Positions 11,337 through 22,137 of a stretch of 64,000 nt of DNA are shown one piece after another (within the stretch, counting starts at the first letter, position 1; every line of letters begins with the position of its first letter). Origin of the DNA: a cyanobacterium endosymbiont of Rhopalodia gibba (GTDB lineage: Bacteria; Cyanobacteriota; Cyanobacteriia; Cyanobacteriales; Microcystaceae); the NCBI GenBank assembly GCA_045159875.1, contig CP067995.1:32001-96000 (forward strand), read 5' to 3'. The notes under the pieces are model-generated. The model had not been told where the DNA came from, made no database searches, and was given only the letters and a program-made list of their open reading frames with translations. Made by a program: the position numbers and the translations under genes.

Positions 11337-11771
11337 CTATTGCTTATAACCAAAAAAGTCGATTCGATAGTCAGTTATTTTCACCCCTGTTTGCTGTTCC
11401 ACTTGTTCAAGTAATTCCGGGGGTAATTTTAGATAGATGTCCATGATTTGTTGTGTATCTAGGCAGTTAACATGACTGTGAGAGTCACTGATATGACCGT
11501 ATAGCCTGCCGTCAGCTCGTTCAATACATTCAATGATCCCTTGCTTTGAAAGAGCCTCTAGATTTTGATAGACTGAGGTGTGGCCAATCTCTTTACCCTC
11601 TTGGGAGAGATACTCGTAAATTTCCCTAGCAGACAAGTGTCCCTTAGCTTTCCAGAGTAATTCTAGGATGAAGCGACGTTGACGACTGACCCGCATTCCC
11701 AGTGCCTGACAAAGATTAAGGGCATCTTCCAGTGATCGGAGTGGTTGGCTTTGTCCTCCTTGTTTACTCAT
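11337..11771 (-). CDS. furC: Fur family regulator FurC/PerR
   Basis: LGMRVSRQRRFILELLW, HLSAREIY, IGHTSVYQNLEALS, SHSHVNCLDT match cyanobacterial FurC. Confidence 0.85.
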   Translation of the reverse strand: MSKQGGQSQPLRSLEDALNLCQALGMRVSRQRRFILELLWKAKGHLSAREIYEYLSQEGKEIGHTSVYQNLEALSKQGIIECIERADGRLYGHISDSHSHVNCLDTQQIMDIYLKLPPELLEQVEQQTGVKITDYRIDFFGYKQ

Positions 11772-12319
11772 GACTATGCTGATTACTCTTGAGAACTTAG
11801 TAGATTATAAATTCATTACCAGTTTAGCTTAGATTATTTTTTGACTTCTAATGAAGACTGCTTAAGTTTTTCTAGTTGTGTTGATGTAAGAGATTTCTAT
11901 TGTTAAGTTATCCGTAGGTCTTTATTTTGACTAGTTGTAGCTAAACTTTCTGGGTTATCGTACTGAAAATAAATTATTTGAGTTAGGAAACAAATGGTTA
12001 ATATTTATTTGTCAAAGTAAGCTTTACCGTACCCGAACTAAAACTCTTTTGAGTGCTATCTTGAAACTACAGTGTCCAAAAAAAAAGAAACTAAAAAAGT
12101 AGGAAATTTTTAGATGAAGAGGTAGATGACACTGAGTAGACAAAAAATGTATCTATTTTTTCTAGCAATTGATGATCTAGAATTATTTATAATAAAAGGG
12201 AATATAATAAAATTGAAGCTCATATAATTTGCGGAAGTATATTTTAAGATAAATATAATTTAGTTAAGCCAATTCATCCAATTATTACTCAGAGTAGTTA
12301 ATCTAAAAAACATCAATCA

Positions 12320-12510
12320 TACAATTTGAGAAGGGCACAAACATTCTTAGTCCTAAGCCCTAAGATAGCTTGATTTGACAATAATGCTAATAACAAGAAA
12401 ACTATTAGGTATTAGGATAGAAACTTAAATAATTCCCATATAAGACTTTCAAGACGTTAGTATTAATAATTTCACATAACTGGTTAAGTAGAACACGATT
12501 GATTGTGCCT
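12320..12510 (+). pseudogene. Possible MazF/PemK toxin remnant
   Basis: Frame-shifted fragments FLVLSPK, LTIMLITRKLLGIRIET, HNWLSR resemble RPALVLSP / PITxKxKGxxxEV / DWxxR; very degraded. Confidence 0.3.
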
Positions 12511-12595
12511 CTCTAATTATTTAACAAAACACGCAGAGAAGTTCTCACTAAGTAGCTTCTATCAGAATCAACTATTAAACTTTTAACTTTATCAA

Positions 12596-12669
12596 TGGCT
12601 CAAGGCAGATTTGAACTGCCGACCTTGGGCTTATGAGTCCCCTGCTCTAACCTACTGAGCTACTGAGCC
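12596..12669 (-). tRNA. tRNA-Met (CAT), probably elongator
   Basis: GGCTCAGTAGCTCAGTAGGTTAGAGCAGGGGACTCATAAGCCCAAGGTCGGCAGTTCAAATCTGCCTTGAGCCA: full cloverleaf, CAT anticodon, paired G1-C72, CCA not encoded. Confidence 0.92.
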
Positions 12670-12787
12670 GTACCCTTTTTATCATGGTTAGCATAACACA
12701 AAATAACGAGATTAACCAAAGTAAATAAAAAATCAGAGGAAGTCTAACCTTCCCCTGAGAAGGGATTAAACTGAAAAAATCTATTGA

Positions 12788-15043
12788 TTACTTTCTTTTC
12801 TTGGGTAACAAGGCTACAGGATTAACCGCTCCTGTGCCACTCGGATGAACTTCAAAATGAAGGTGAGGACCGGTACTGTATCCTGTACTCCCCATTTCAG
12901 CAATTTGCTGCCCTTGCTCTACCTTTTGTCCACGACGGACTAACAGACGGTTATTATGGGCATAGAGAGTAATACTACCGTCAGGGTGACGAACTTTAAC
13001 TAATTTTCCGTAGCCTCCCGAATTCCATCCGGCTGTAATCACCTCACCTGGGGCTGCGGCAATGATAGGAGTACCAATGGGAGCCGCAATATCGATTCCT
13101 CTATGCATTCTGCCCCAGCGTCGGCCATAGCCGGAAGTCAACACCCCTTTACTTGGCCAAATATAGCCAGTAAACTGCATAGGGGCATGAGGAAGATAAT
13201 TATCAGGAATGGATAAAGGCGGTAATTCAGGTCCGACATTTGTCCCCACGGGAATACGGAAAGCGTCATTATATTGTTCTGCATCGTTAGGAGCAGCCCC
13301 CATTAACCGAGAACGGAATTTAGGTAGCTGTTGGGCAACTTGCTGTTGAGAAGAAGGGTAATTACGGCGATTACTGGTCCACTCAGGATTTAAAGTTTGT
13401 CCTAACACAGGAGTTTTGGATTTTCTTGGATTATCAGGCTCTGTTTTAATTCTGCTAGCTTCAGTGTCAACTGCATATTCCTGTTCAAGGTTAGCAATAT
13501 CTGTTTTCAGTTGTTCGGTATAGGAATCTGGACTAGAATTAACAGAAATCTCGAACATTTCGAGATCTTCATTTTCAGACGACTGTTTCTCCCATCGATC
13601 AACCTCCTCCGAAGAAGCTGATGATAGCACACTCACAGAAACTGGAAGGGGAGAATCAGAAAATCGACTAGGAGATGAGGCTATTAAATTTTGAGATTGA
13701 AGAATATGAGGTCGATTTTTATATTGTGCCTGTGTTACAGATTCAGGAAGAACCAAACTCTGATGAACCTTAATCAAATTTGGATTAGTAATGCTATTAG
13801 CTCGAATTAACTCTGAAAGGGTTAAGCCATGATGACGAGCAATACTATTAAGAGTGTCTCCAGGTTGAACACGATAGGATTTTTTAGTTTGAACTAATTT
13901 TATTTGTGATTTAGGAACAATCCGAGCTTGCTCAGTTGAGGTTGATTCTACAGATATCTCAATTTTAGATGGTTCAAAATTTGATTTGCTAAGGGTTGAA
14001 GAGTAGGGAGGAAGAACATCGATTGAGGCTAGATCGTTTTCAGGTGTAGAAACTGGAATCGGAATAGGCTCATTAAATTGAGGAATTTCTTCTTGTTCCA
14101 TCTGGGACAAGGGAACTGAAGGAAGTTTCGTAAAAGAGGACAACGCCGAAGAGGAATTTTTACCAGTTTTTTCTAGTGTGGAAGTAGAAGAAACATTCTT
14201 ACTTGAAAAACTAGAAGACAGAGAACCGGCAGTATTTACAGGCGTGCTTAGACTCGAAGCCGAAACTGACTCAGTCTTCTGGGAGGTAATCGCTCGAATT
14301 GCCGTTTCTCTGATGGACCTATTCTCTTGAAGTTTACTGCTAATAGGTCTTAAGGGTTGACTCACATCAGAGACATCGGCTAGCAAGGAACTAATATTAG
14401 ACTTTAGGTTAGACTTCTCCGTTTTTAACTCAGCCAAACTATCTTGTAAACGTTTACGAGTTTCTCTAAGGTGATCGAGAGAAGTATTGACAGGTTTGGA
14501 GGGTAATTCTTGGGACTCGGAGAGTACTGTTCCAAGTTGACGTGATGAAACCTGAAGCTGAGATTCTTCTAGGGAAGGAATTTTTAAAATTTGCCCAGAA
14601 ACTAAGTCGGCTTCAACAGAGAGTTTATTGAGGGTAGCGAGCGCTGCTGCTTCCACTTGATACTCTTGGGCTAGTTGCCTGATAGATTCTCCGATCTTAA
14701 CTTTGTGCTTAAGATTTAGAGGAGCTAATTGACTTTTAGAGGAGCTAGTGGCGTTAGTTGAGCTCAACGAGGCTGATAAATTTGAAAGAGTAGTAGTAGC
14801 AGTTAATGAGTTAGCTGCTGCTGCTACTGCTACTTTATTTTGAGTCAGTAACAATCCTGTAGCTCCCATAGAAATGGCCAGTCCAATCATGGCCGTAGAG
14901 CGACGTACTTGACCACAATTGTTATTGGGAGTGGGAGTTAAACTGCCTAATGGAAGCTCGGTTAGAGGGATAACTGATGTATCGGAATAGTCAGCAATGC
15001 ACGAAGATATGGGCGTTGCTTTGCGTGTAAATGTATTTTTCAA
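12788..15043 (-). CDS. LysM + M23 peptidase (NlpD-like) cell wall protein
   Basis: Two LysM domains (HKVKIGESI, YRVQPGDTL), C-terminal HRGIDIAA, YAHN, STGPHLHFE; AGGAGG RBS. Confidence 0.9.
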   Translation of the reverse strand: MKNTFTRKATPISSCIADYSDTSVIPLTELPLGSLTPTPNNNCGQVRRSTAMIGLAISMGATGLLLTQNKVAVAAAANSLTATTTLSNLSASLSSTNATSSSKSQLAPLNLKHKVKIGESIRQLAQEYQVEAAALATLNKLSVEADLVSGQILKIPSLEESQLQVSSRQLGTVLSESQELPSKPVNTSLDHLRETRKRLQDSLAELKTEKSNLKSNISSLLADVSDVSQPLRPISSKLQENRSIRETAIRAITSQKTESVSASSLSTPVNTAGSLSSSFSSKNVSSTSTLEKTGKNSSSALSSFTKLPSVPLSQMEQEEIPQFNEPIPIPVSTPENDLASIDVLPPYSSTLSKSNFEPSKIEISVESTSTEQARIVPKSQIKLVQTKKSYRVQPGDTLNSIARHHGLTLSELIRANSITNPNLIKVHQSLVLPESVTQAQYKNRPHILQSQNLIASSPSRFSDSPLPVSVSVLSSASSEEVDRWEKQSSENEDLEMFEISVNSSPDSYTEQLKTDIANLEQEYAVDTEASRIKTEPDNPRKSKTPVLGQTLNPEWTSNRRNYPSSQQQVAQQLPKFRSRLMGAAPNDAEQYNDAFRIPVGTNVGPELPPLSIPDNYLPHAPMQFTGYIWPSKGVLTSGYGRRWGRMHRGIDIAAPIGTPIIAAAPGEVITAGWNSGGYGKLVKVRHPDGSITLYAHNNRLLVRRGQKVEQGQQIAEMGSTGYSTGPHLHFEVHPSGTGAVNPVALLPKKRK

Positions 15044-15490
15044 AAAAACCTCCTAATGTTAGGAACGAGCCATTATTAAAAATCTATAGATCCGGTCGAA
15101 TTTCAGAAACGGAATAGATACTTGATTTTACAGGGGAATATCTTAATAGAGATATATTAATAAGTCAATATACTCAGATATCATTTTATTGATGAAACAT
15201 TAAAATCAACTTATTTTCTTTGCTGATTTATTTTAGATAAGTATAGTCTGATTCGCATTTCAATGAGGGACTATTACATCTAATCTTTTTGTCTGATGCA
15301 AGTCTGTAGACGATAGAAGTTAATTGAAGGTTTCGTGATGGAGTATTGTCTATGGAGTATTCTCTAACGATTAAAAGCTCTGGTTTAGGGTGTTTTGAGT
15401 TAATGAAGACAACACGCTCGATTTCCTAATTCCATAAAATTGATTTCCCTGGCATTTTCAGAGAATAAATATGGATTGTTTATTAATCAC

Positions 15491-15949
15491 TTAAACCATC
15501 TTCAATTGTCGTCGTGCTTCAAATAGACCAATGGTGACGCTTACTGACAAGTTTAAACTACGCACTTGAGAGTTACTCATCGGAATATATAGGGTTTCTT
15601 GGCAATTAGCTAGAAGAGATTGGGGTAGTCCTTCGGTTTCGCTCCCAAATAACAGCCAATCACTATCTTGAAATGTCCATTCAAGATAAGAACGACAACC
15701 CCGAACGCTAAAGCAAAGTAAACGCCCCCCCTGTTGCTCATGCCAGGCTAAAAAATCTTTTAAACTGTTGTGGTAGTTAAGATTGACATAGGGCCAGTAA
15801 TCTAAACCCGCCCTTTTTAAATAACGATCACTTAACTCAAATCCTAATGGACCGACTAAATGTAATTCTGTGTCCGTAGCTGCACAAGTTCTGGCAATAT
15901 TACCAGTATTTGGTGGTATTTGCGGGTTTACTAGAATGATTCTGGGCAT
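15491..15949 (-). CDS. trmL: tRNA (cytidine/uridine-34-2'-O)-methyltransferase, SpoU family
   Basis: PQIPPNTGNIARTCAAT, RAGLDYW, FGSETEGLP, RSLNLS. Confidence 0.92.
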   Translation of the reverse strand: MPRIILVNPQIPPNTGNIARTCAATDTELHLVGPLGFELSDRYLKRAGLDYWPYVNLNYHNSLKDFLAWHEQQGGRLLCFSVRGCRSYLEWTFQDSDWLLFGSETEGLPQSLLANCQETLYIPMSNSQVRSLNLSVSVTIGLFEARRQLKMV

Positions 15950-16055
15950 AAAAATATATATTTTTTATTTAATTTAAATTAATATTTAATTTTCAATATT
16001 CACAAACATTAGTTTTGATAAACCCAAAAAATGCATATATAACTAAAATTTATGT

Positions 16056-17198
16056 TTAGGCAACTAGCAAAGATTGACATAATTTATCTTCTAACTCTTG
16101 TTCGAGTTTGGCAACGGCTTCGATCTCTTGAGCTAAAATTAAAGAAATGGGACAACCAGACTGATATTTCCTGAGCCATTGTTGTGCTAAGTTACCATCG
16201 CGCAAAATTCTTTTCACGGGGTTAAGAAAGCAACTAAAGCCTCTCTGTTTGGCCGTTGGTAATATTTCTTGATACAATTCTTGAATCCAACTTTGTGCGT
16301 CTATCCTGCGGCCATCTTGCCAGTGGGTTAGTTGGGCAGTTAAGCTGTCTTTGGCGACTACCTTTTCATTATCGGCAGTAATAGTCAACAATTCGTCCGG
16401 GGATAATTGGCTATGAATTAGGGGGTCAAGATTGGGCTCATCAATAAGTTGAATTAAACGAGCTTCTAAGAATGCCACAACTGACAACAAAGCGATCGGT
16501 TCAACTATCAGGTCACAAATTCTCAATTCCAAGCGATTAAGATTATAGGGCCGATTATCTCCATTAGGACGCACTGATGTCCAGAGATGGCGTATATTCT
16601 GCATGGTTTGGCGAGCTAACTGTTCTTCTGTCCAGGAAACAAAGTGACCGTGACTTTTAAACAAAGGGACATGCTCCGGAGTCTGGGGAAACAAATGCCA
16701 ACGGGTAGAATGATAGCCAGTGACCTGCCCATCAAGGAAAGGGGACGATGCACTTAATGCCAAATATAGAGGAGCTTCTAAGCGAATGAGGCGACAAGCT
16801 CGAATTAAAGTTTCCGGATCATTAATTCCAATATTAATATGAATACTAGCAGTCACAACTTTGGTTCCATAGGTTTCCTCAATATAACTATGGTAGGGAT
16901 TATGGAGATCGGACCGACAGAAGTAATCGCTGTTTCCTAATGAAAGGGTACTTCCCGGAATCAAGGTGAAATTGCCAATGCGTTGTAGATATTTCCTTAG
17001 GTTGTGTCGGGGTTGAAGGGTAGCACACAATAGGCGATCATAGGAAGACAATGGGGCTGTGGTGTACTCTACGTTGCGTGAATCAGGTTCTCGAACAAAT
17101 CCTTCTAAGTCTTTAACAATACGCTCAGACAATCCCACAATTTGCCCATCGGATGTCCCAGTGTACATTTCAATTTCGAGCCCTTTGGATAATCGCAC
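16056..17198 (-). CDS. gshA: Glutamate--cysteine ligase (cyanobacterial type)
   Basis: KGLEIEMYTG, REPDSRNVEY, TASIHINIG, RLELRICD. Confidence 0.88.
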   Translation of the reverse strand: MRLSKGLEIEMYTGTSDGQIVGLSERIVKDLEGFVREPDSRNVEYTTAPLSSYDRLLCATLQPRHNLRKYLQRIGNFTLIPGSTLSLGNSDYFCRSDLHNPYHSYIEETYGTKVVTASIHINIGINDPETLIRACRLIRLEAPLYLALSASSPFLDGQVTGYHSTRWHLFPQTPEHVPLFKSHGHFVSWTEEQLARQTMQNIRHLWTSVRPNGDNRPYNLNRLELRICDLIVEPIALLSVVAFLEARLIQLIDEPNLDPLIHSQLSPDELLTITADNEKVVAKDSLTAQLTHWQDGRRIDAQSWIQELYQEILPTAKQRGFSCFLNPVKRILRDGNLAQQWLRKYQSGCPISLILAQEIEAVAKLEQELEDKLCQSLLVA

Positions 17199-17916
17199 GA
17201 TGATTCCTCTGCGTTAGTTGTCCAATTTTCCTGGTCATTTGTCACCTACACTTCATTATCAATGAAGAAGGATGATTTACTCAACAAAAATATTTTTGGC
17301 ATTTTGTGGTGATCAACTCCTTATGAATTGTTTTTGTTTGTAGTATTTTTATACTAAATCAAGTTCAAAAGATTAATCAATTTTAAATGCTCTCTCTGAA
17401 TTATGGAAAAACCATAGCATCACTAGTATTAGAGTTGAATTCTAGCTTAAATACCTGTCTAGGATTAATTCTCGTTGTGTGGTGGTATTTTCATCTTAAG
17501 CTTTTTAGCTAGATATCGCTTTTATCAAGGAAAAGAAACCTTTGAAGATAATTCTTAGCAGGGACAATGGACATTTGACGGAGAAATTTTACGGGCTTAA
17601 GGAAAAAGTCGATGTGATCTCCAAAAAATCCTAACAATGGAGTCCTAATTAAGTGAGAACTTGCAATCTCATTATCGAAAGGGACATTGCGTTCAATTCA
17701 AATCAAATGCCCTAAAATACAATCATGATTAACTTAATAAGATAAATCTAAAAACCTCTATATTACGGAGCATAATGCTCTAATTTCTCTCAATAAGTTG
17801 ATTGATAGCTTAAATTACCGGTAAGCTTTAGATTGAGCTGAGTTGCTTAACAATTGTCTCCAACCTCTCTACGAGGGATACATTAGACTAAGGGAAGTAT
17901 TGCGACGCAATAATTT

Positions 17917-18234
17917 ATGGACAACATCTATACTGTTGAAATTAATCACCAAGGCAATACCTATACCATTGAAGTTGCTGAGGATCGAAAAATTCTCGAT
18001 GTAACTCAAGAAACAGGACTAGATTTACCTATATTTTGTAGTGCAGGAGTTTGTACTACCTGTGCTGCATAATTGCTGGAAGGAATGGTAGAGCAAGGTG
18101 AGGGGATGGGGATATCTTCCGAACTTCAAGGAGAAGGATACTCCCCTTTGTGTATTTCCTATCCGCGTTCTAATCTAAAAATTGAAACTGAAAAGGAAAA
18201 TGAGGTTTATAGTCGTCAGTTTTTCCAACATTAA
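17917..18234 (+). pseudogene. 2Fe-2S ferredoxin (Fed3/FdC1-like) with one internal stop
   Basis: MDNIYTVEINHQG...LPIFCSAGVCTTCAA*LLEG...YSPLCISYPRSNLKIETEKENEVYSRQF; TAA at 18070-18072; all four Cys ligands retained; absent from ORF track. Confidence 0.9.
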
Positions 18235-18261
18235 GTCACTCTTTTAAGTACATTAAAGCCC

Positions 18262-18278
18262 GGTGGGCATTGCCCACC
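18262..18278. repeat. Cyanobacterial REP-like palindrome / hairpin between convergent genes
   Basis: GGTGGGCATTGCCCACC. Confidence 0.6.
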
Positions 18279-18297
18279 CCATAGGTTTTTTCTAATT

Positions 18298-19446
18298 TCA
18301 AGATTGAGGAGTGACATTAGGTTTCTCAAATTTCCAACTCTCTTGGATAACCAAATTATCTCGATGCACCATGGTTTGTGGACCTTCATAACCCAAAATT
18401 CCAGCAATTTTATCAGAGTGATGTCCTTTAATCTTTTTTACTTCCAAACTGCTGTAATTAACAATTCCCCTGGCTAGTTCTTGTCCTTGTTTATCGCATA
18501 ATTGAATTGCATCAGATGCTTCAAATCGTCCCTCAACTTTGATAATACCTGCCGCTAACAAGGACTTTCCTTGGTGACAAATAGCCTCAATTGCCCCTTG
18601 ATCGAGATAAAGTTGTCCACTAGGAACTAACCCGTAAGCAATCCAGCGTTTACGCGCGTTTTCACTGCACGTTTGTGGTTCAAATTGAGTTCCAATTGTC
18701 TTCCCTCGCAAAATTTTGAGCAAGTCACTTGGATTTTGTCCATGAGTAATCACGGTTCTCACTCCTGCACTAGTAGCCAGTCGTACAGCTGTTAGTTTGG
18801 TTTCCATTCCTCCTGTTCCCCATTGAGACCCTTTATTCCCTGCATCGACTTTTAGTTGAGCAATTTCTTCGGCATTGACCAGAGTAATTGGTTGAGCATC
18901 CTGAACTAGTCGAGGATCGGCCGAATAAAGTCGATCAACATCTGTTAGTAAAAATAACCAATCGGCATGGATGACACTAGCTACAAGAGCTGATAGGGTA
19001 TCATTGTCGCCAAATTTTAACTCTTCAGTAGCCACTGTATCATTTTCGTTAACAATAGGGATCACTCCCAACTCGAATAGTGCTCGAAAAGTATTAGAGG
19101 CATTAACATAACAGCTACGTTCTATTAGTTCCCGTCGTGTTAGCAAAACTTGAGCAATAGGCTGTCCGATGGTAGTAAATAGGTCATCATAGATGCGGAT
19201 GAGACGACCTTGACCAACAGCCGCGATTGCCTGTTTAAAAGCTATTTTTTTTGGGCGTTCTTTCAAATTCAGACGAACACATCCTACCCCTACAGCCCCA
19301 GAAGAGACTAATACAACCTGATAGCCCAATTGTTGCAACTGGGTTAAGGTTTCCACTAAAGCAGCAATGGTGGACAAGGCTAATTGTCCACTTGCGGATT
19401 GAGTTAAACTCGATGTCCCAATTTTAACAACCAGAGTTTGTGTCAT
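18298..19446 (-). CDS. proB: Glutamate 5-kinase
   Basis: [33 protein letters not shown]-terminal PUA domain. Confidence 0.96.
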   Translation of the reverse strand: MTQTLVVKIGTSSLTQSASGQLALSTIAALVETLTQLQQLGYQVVLVSSGAVGVGCVRLNLKERPKKIAFKQAIAAVGQGRLIRIYDDLFTTIGQPIAQVLLTRRELIERSCYVNASNTFRALFELGVIPIVNENDTVATEELKFGDNDTLSALVASVIHADWLFLLTDVDRLYSADPRLVQDAQPITLVNAEEIAQLKVDAGNKGSQWGTGGMETKLTAVRLATSAGVRTVITHGQNPSDLLKILRGKTIGTQFEPQTCSENARKRWIAYGLVPSGQLYLDQGAIEAICHQGKSLLAAGIIKVEGRFEASDAIQLCDKQGQELARGIVNYSSLEVKKIKGHHSDKIAGILGYEGPQTMVHRDNLVIQESWKFEKPNVTPQS

Positions 19447-19479
19447 TGATTAATAAATGGTTGAGGGTTAATCCTGTCT

Positions 19480-20640
19480 TTTGCATAGTCTTGCCGTCAA
19501 GCTACGCTGTGACTGGAGATTCTTAAATTGACATTTAAGGGTTTCTGCTTCTTAGATTTTTGACTAGGCAAAGCCTCGTCGGACTGTCTTCAATAAAGCA
19601 CTTCCTAATATGATATGTATATCCTGGTCCATATCCTTATCTACACCATGCTAATAATTTAAGCTGCGGCCACATGCTTGTCTCTGTGTATTTGTGAGGT
19701 AAGATTTTTATCAATTTCATCAATAAAAACATCTCGTTTCCATGCAACCAACTTAAGGATAGTTACAGCTCGTTTAAAACTATTTTTAAGACAGTCTTTA
19801 GAAAGTATCCTTTTACCCCATGCTCGAAGATCAATATTTTCAATGAATACGGATTGGGCTTGCTCACAGAGGTGGGGAACTAACTTAAAATGCCAATTTT
19901 TACGAATATCGAAAATACGCAGATACAATCTAGCTATCTTTTTATTTAACTTATAACGATTATTAGACCCTTTTTGCTTATTTATTAATTTAAGTTGTAG
20001 CTATCTTATCTTGCGGTGTAGTTTGTTTAGAAATTGTAGTCTGTCCACAAGTTCACTATCACTGATAGCAAAGAATTTATCTAAAAAAAAACAATTTCTA
20101 ATAATTGCATTGGAAAAATTACAAGATACCCAAACGCTCCCCTAAAATGCGAGCCTATCTTAATTTAAATCCATCTTGTAATTTTCTAAACTTTCTCAAC
20201 TTTACCAATCTTAATTAAGGAAACTTAATCTGATTAACTTTGACACAATTTTCAAATATCTGGGGATTATAATAGGAACGCATTCTATATTTATGTTTGT
20301 CAAAAGGAAGGTATAATTTTCTGGACTACATGTCGACAAAAGCCTGGTTTAAAACTTTTAAAACTTGTGTCAGAACTCGAGCACTACCTGTATTGAGAAT
20401 CTTATTGGTTTTTAAGTTTTTATTAGCCTCTGAGATTGTTTATGATAACTAAGATAGGGAACTTCAGAAGGGACGATGTACTCTGATTTTAAATTTTAAC
20501 TTTAATTGACTGCCTGTCTGATATTAGTTTATACGTTAGGGCTAGCATTGATTCAATCTTTTCTGAAGTTTCTGTTAGTCTAGATTGATATACACAAACT
20601 TTCAAGTTGTGTAAAAATCTTTTGAGATAGATTAATTCCT
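19480..20640 (-). mobile_element. tnpB: IS200/IS605-family TnpB fossil with degenerate right end
   Basis: RKNWHFKLVPHLC..VFIENIDLRAWGK..ILKLVAWKRDVFIDEID..TSQI..VAAA (RuvC II/III region, zinc finger missing); N-terminal RVLTQVL..LNQAFVDM fragments; 3' GAATCTCCAGTCAC..TGACGG right-end-like hairpin. Confidence 0.75.
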
Positions 20641-20745
20641 TGACTTTTCAGAAACTTTTGTTAGATTAGGCATATTTCTAATTCTATCAAGAGCTTCGAG
20701 GAAGAGCTCAATGGATTCAAGAGTTGAGTATGTGTGGAGTGAGGG

Positions 20746-21969
20746 TTGATGTTGAGTAAAGAATCAGCGTATGAGATTACTAAAAGAAATCGCCACGATT
20801 ACTATCTATCAGAAATTATCCGTCAACGAGCTTGGGTAGAAATTAATGCAGAAGCCTTAATTCACAATGTCAAGGAAATTAAAGGATTGTTATCACCAAA
20901 AACATCGTTAATGGCTGTGGTTAAGGCTGATGCTTATGGACACGGTGCTATCAAAGTCGCCCAGATAGCCTTACAAGCGGGGGCTAATAGTTTAGCGACG
21001 GCTACCCTAGCAGAAGGAATTGAACTTCGAGAAGCAGGAATTACAGCCCCGATCTTGATTTTAGGAGCAATTAATACCCCTAAAGAAATCGCCGTGCTCG
21101 CTCACTGGCAATTACAACCTACTCTTTGTAACTCCCAGCAAGCTTTAGTTTTTTCTGATACTCTGAGTCAACTGGAAGAGTCCTTACCCGTTCATCTTAA
21201 ACTCGACACAGGAATGTCTCGTCTAGGGACACCTTGGCATCAAGCAAGAGAATTTGTGGGGTTAGTAAGTCGGTTGCCTTATCTCAAAATTGCTAGTTTA
21301 TATTCCCATCTCGCTACGGCGGATAATCCTGATACCACAGTGATGCAAAAACAGCACCAACGGTTTGAAAAGGTAATCTCTCAATTAAAAACCCATTTAT
21401 TTAAATTACCCCCTCTACATTTAGCCAATTCAGCAGCAACTTTAATTAACCAGAATTTACACTACGATTTAGTTCGAGTTGGATTAGCTTTATATGGATT
21501 ATATCCTGCTCCTCATTTGCGTTTGATCACCACCTTAAAACCTGTACTACAAGTTAAAGCCAAAATAACTCAGGTCAAAACAATTCCCTCAGGAACAGGG
21601 GTTAGTTATGGGTATCAATTTATCAGCAATCATCCGATGAGTATTGCTGTTGTGGGTATTGGTTATGCAGACGGAGTTCCCCGTAACCTTTCTAACAATT
21701 TAGAAGTTTTGATTCGAGGTAAACGAGTCCGCCAAATTGGGGCAATTACTATGGATCAGTTAATGTTAGATGTTAGTTCTATCACAGATATTCAAGTCGG
21801 AGAAATAGTCACTTTAATTGGCAAAGATAGAACAGAAGAAATTACAGCAGACGATTGGGCAAACGCTTCAGGAACTATTTCCTGGGAAATTCTTTGTGGG
21901 TTTAAATATCGACTTCCACGAATTCTGATGGATTCAGAAGTCAACTGCCCTCAAGTTTTGGCTTATTAG
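20746..21969 (+). CDS. alr: Alanine racemase
   Basis: MAVVKADAYGHG, HLKLDTGMSRLG, GVSYG, IGYADG, TMDQ. Confidence 0.96.
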   Translation: MMLSKESAYEITKRNRHDYYLSEIIRQRAWVEINAEALIHNVKEIKGLLSPKTSLMAVVKADAYGHGAIKVAQIALQAGANSLATATLAEGIELREAGITAPILILGAINTPKEIAVLAHWQLQPTLCNSQQALVFSDTLSQLEESLPVHLKLDTGMSRLGTPWHQAREFVGLVSRLPYLKIASLYSHLATADNPDTTVMQKQHQRFEKVISQLKTHLFKLPPLHLANSAATLINQNLHYDLVRVGLALYGLYPAPHLRLITTLKPVLQVKAKITQVKTIPSGTGVSYGYQFISNHPMSIAVVGIGYADGVPRNLSNNLEVLIRGKRVRQIGAITMDQLMLDVSSITDIQVGEIVTLIGKDRTEEITADDWANASGTISWEILCGFKYRLPRILMDSEVNCPQVLAY

Positions 21970-22024
21970 CACAATATAATATGCTCTAGATCTTATCCTT
22001 AAGATGTACTTTATAAAAAAAGGT

Positions 22025-22075
22025 CTCTCAGGCTCAATTCAATGGATAATTCATTTATTGGATTGAGCCTGAGAG
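22025..22075 (+). terminator. Long 3' hairpin after alr
   Basis: CTCTCAGGCTCAAT...ATTGAGCCTGAGAG, 14 bp perfect, extends to about 23 bp with G-U pairs on the + strand transcript. Confidence 0.65.
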
Positions 22076-22137
22076 TTTAACAAAGTCAGATTAAAAGTTG
22101 AGATTTTTTCAAACACTTGTTATTTTTAGTCTATAAG

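Noticed and set aside
17400..17880. Decayed gene upstream of the ferredoxin pseudogene
   Set aside because: Protein-like fragments visible but no family could be assigned.
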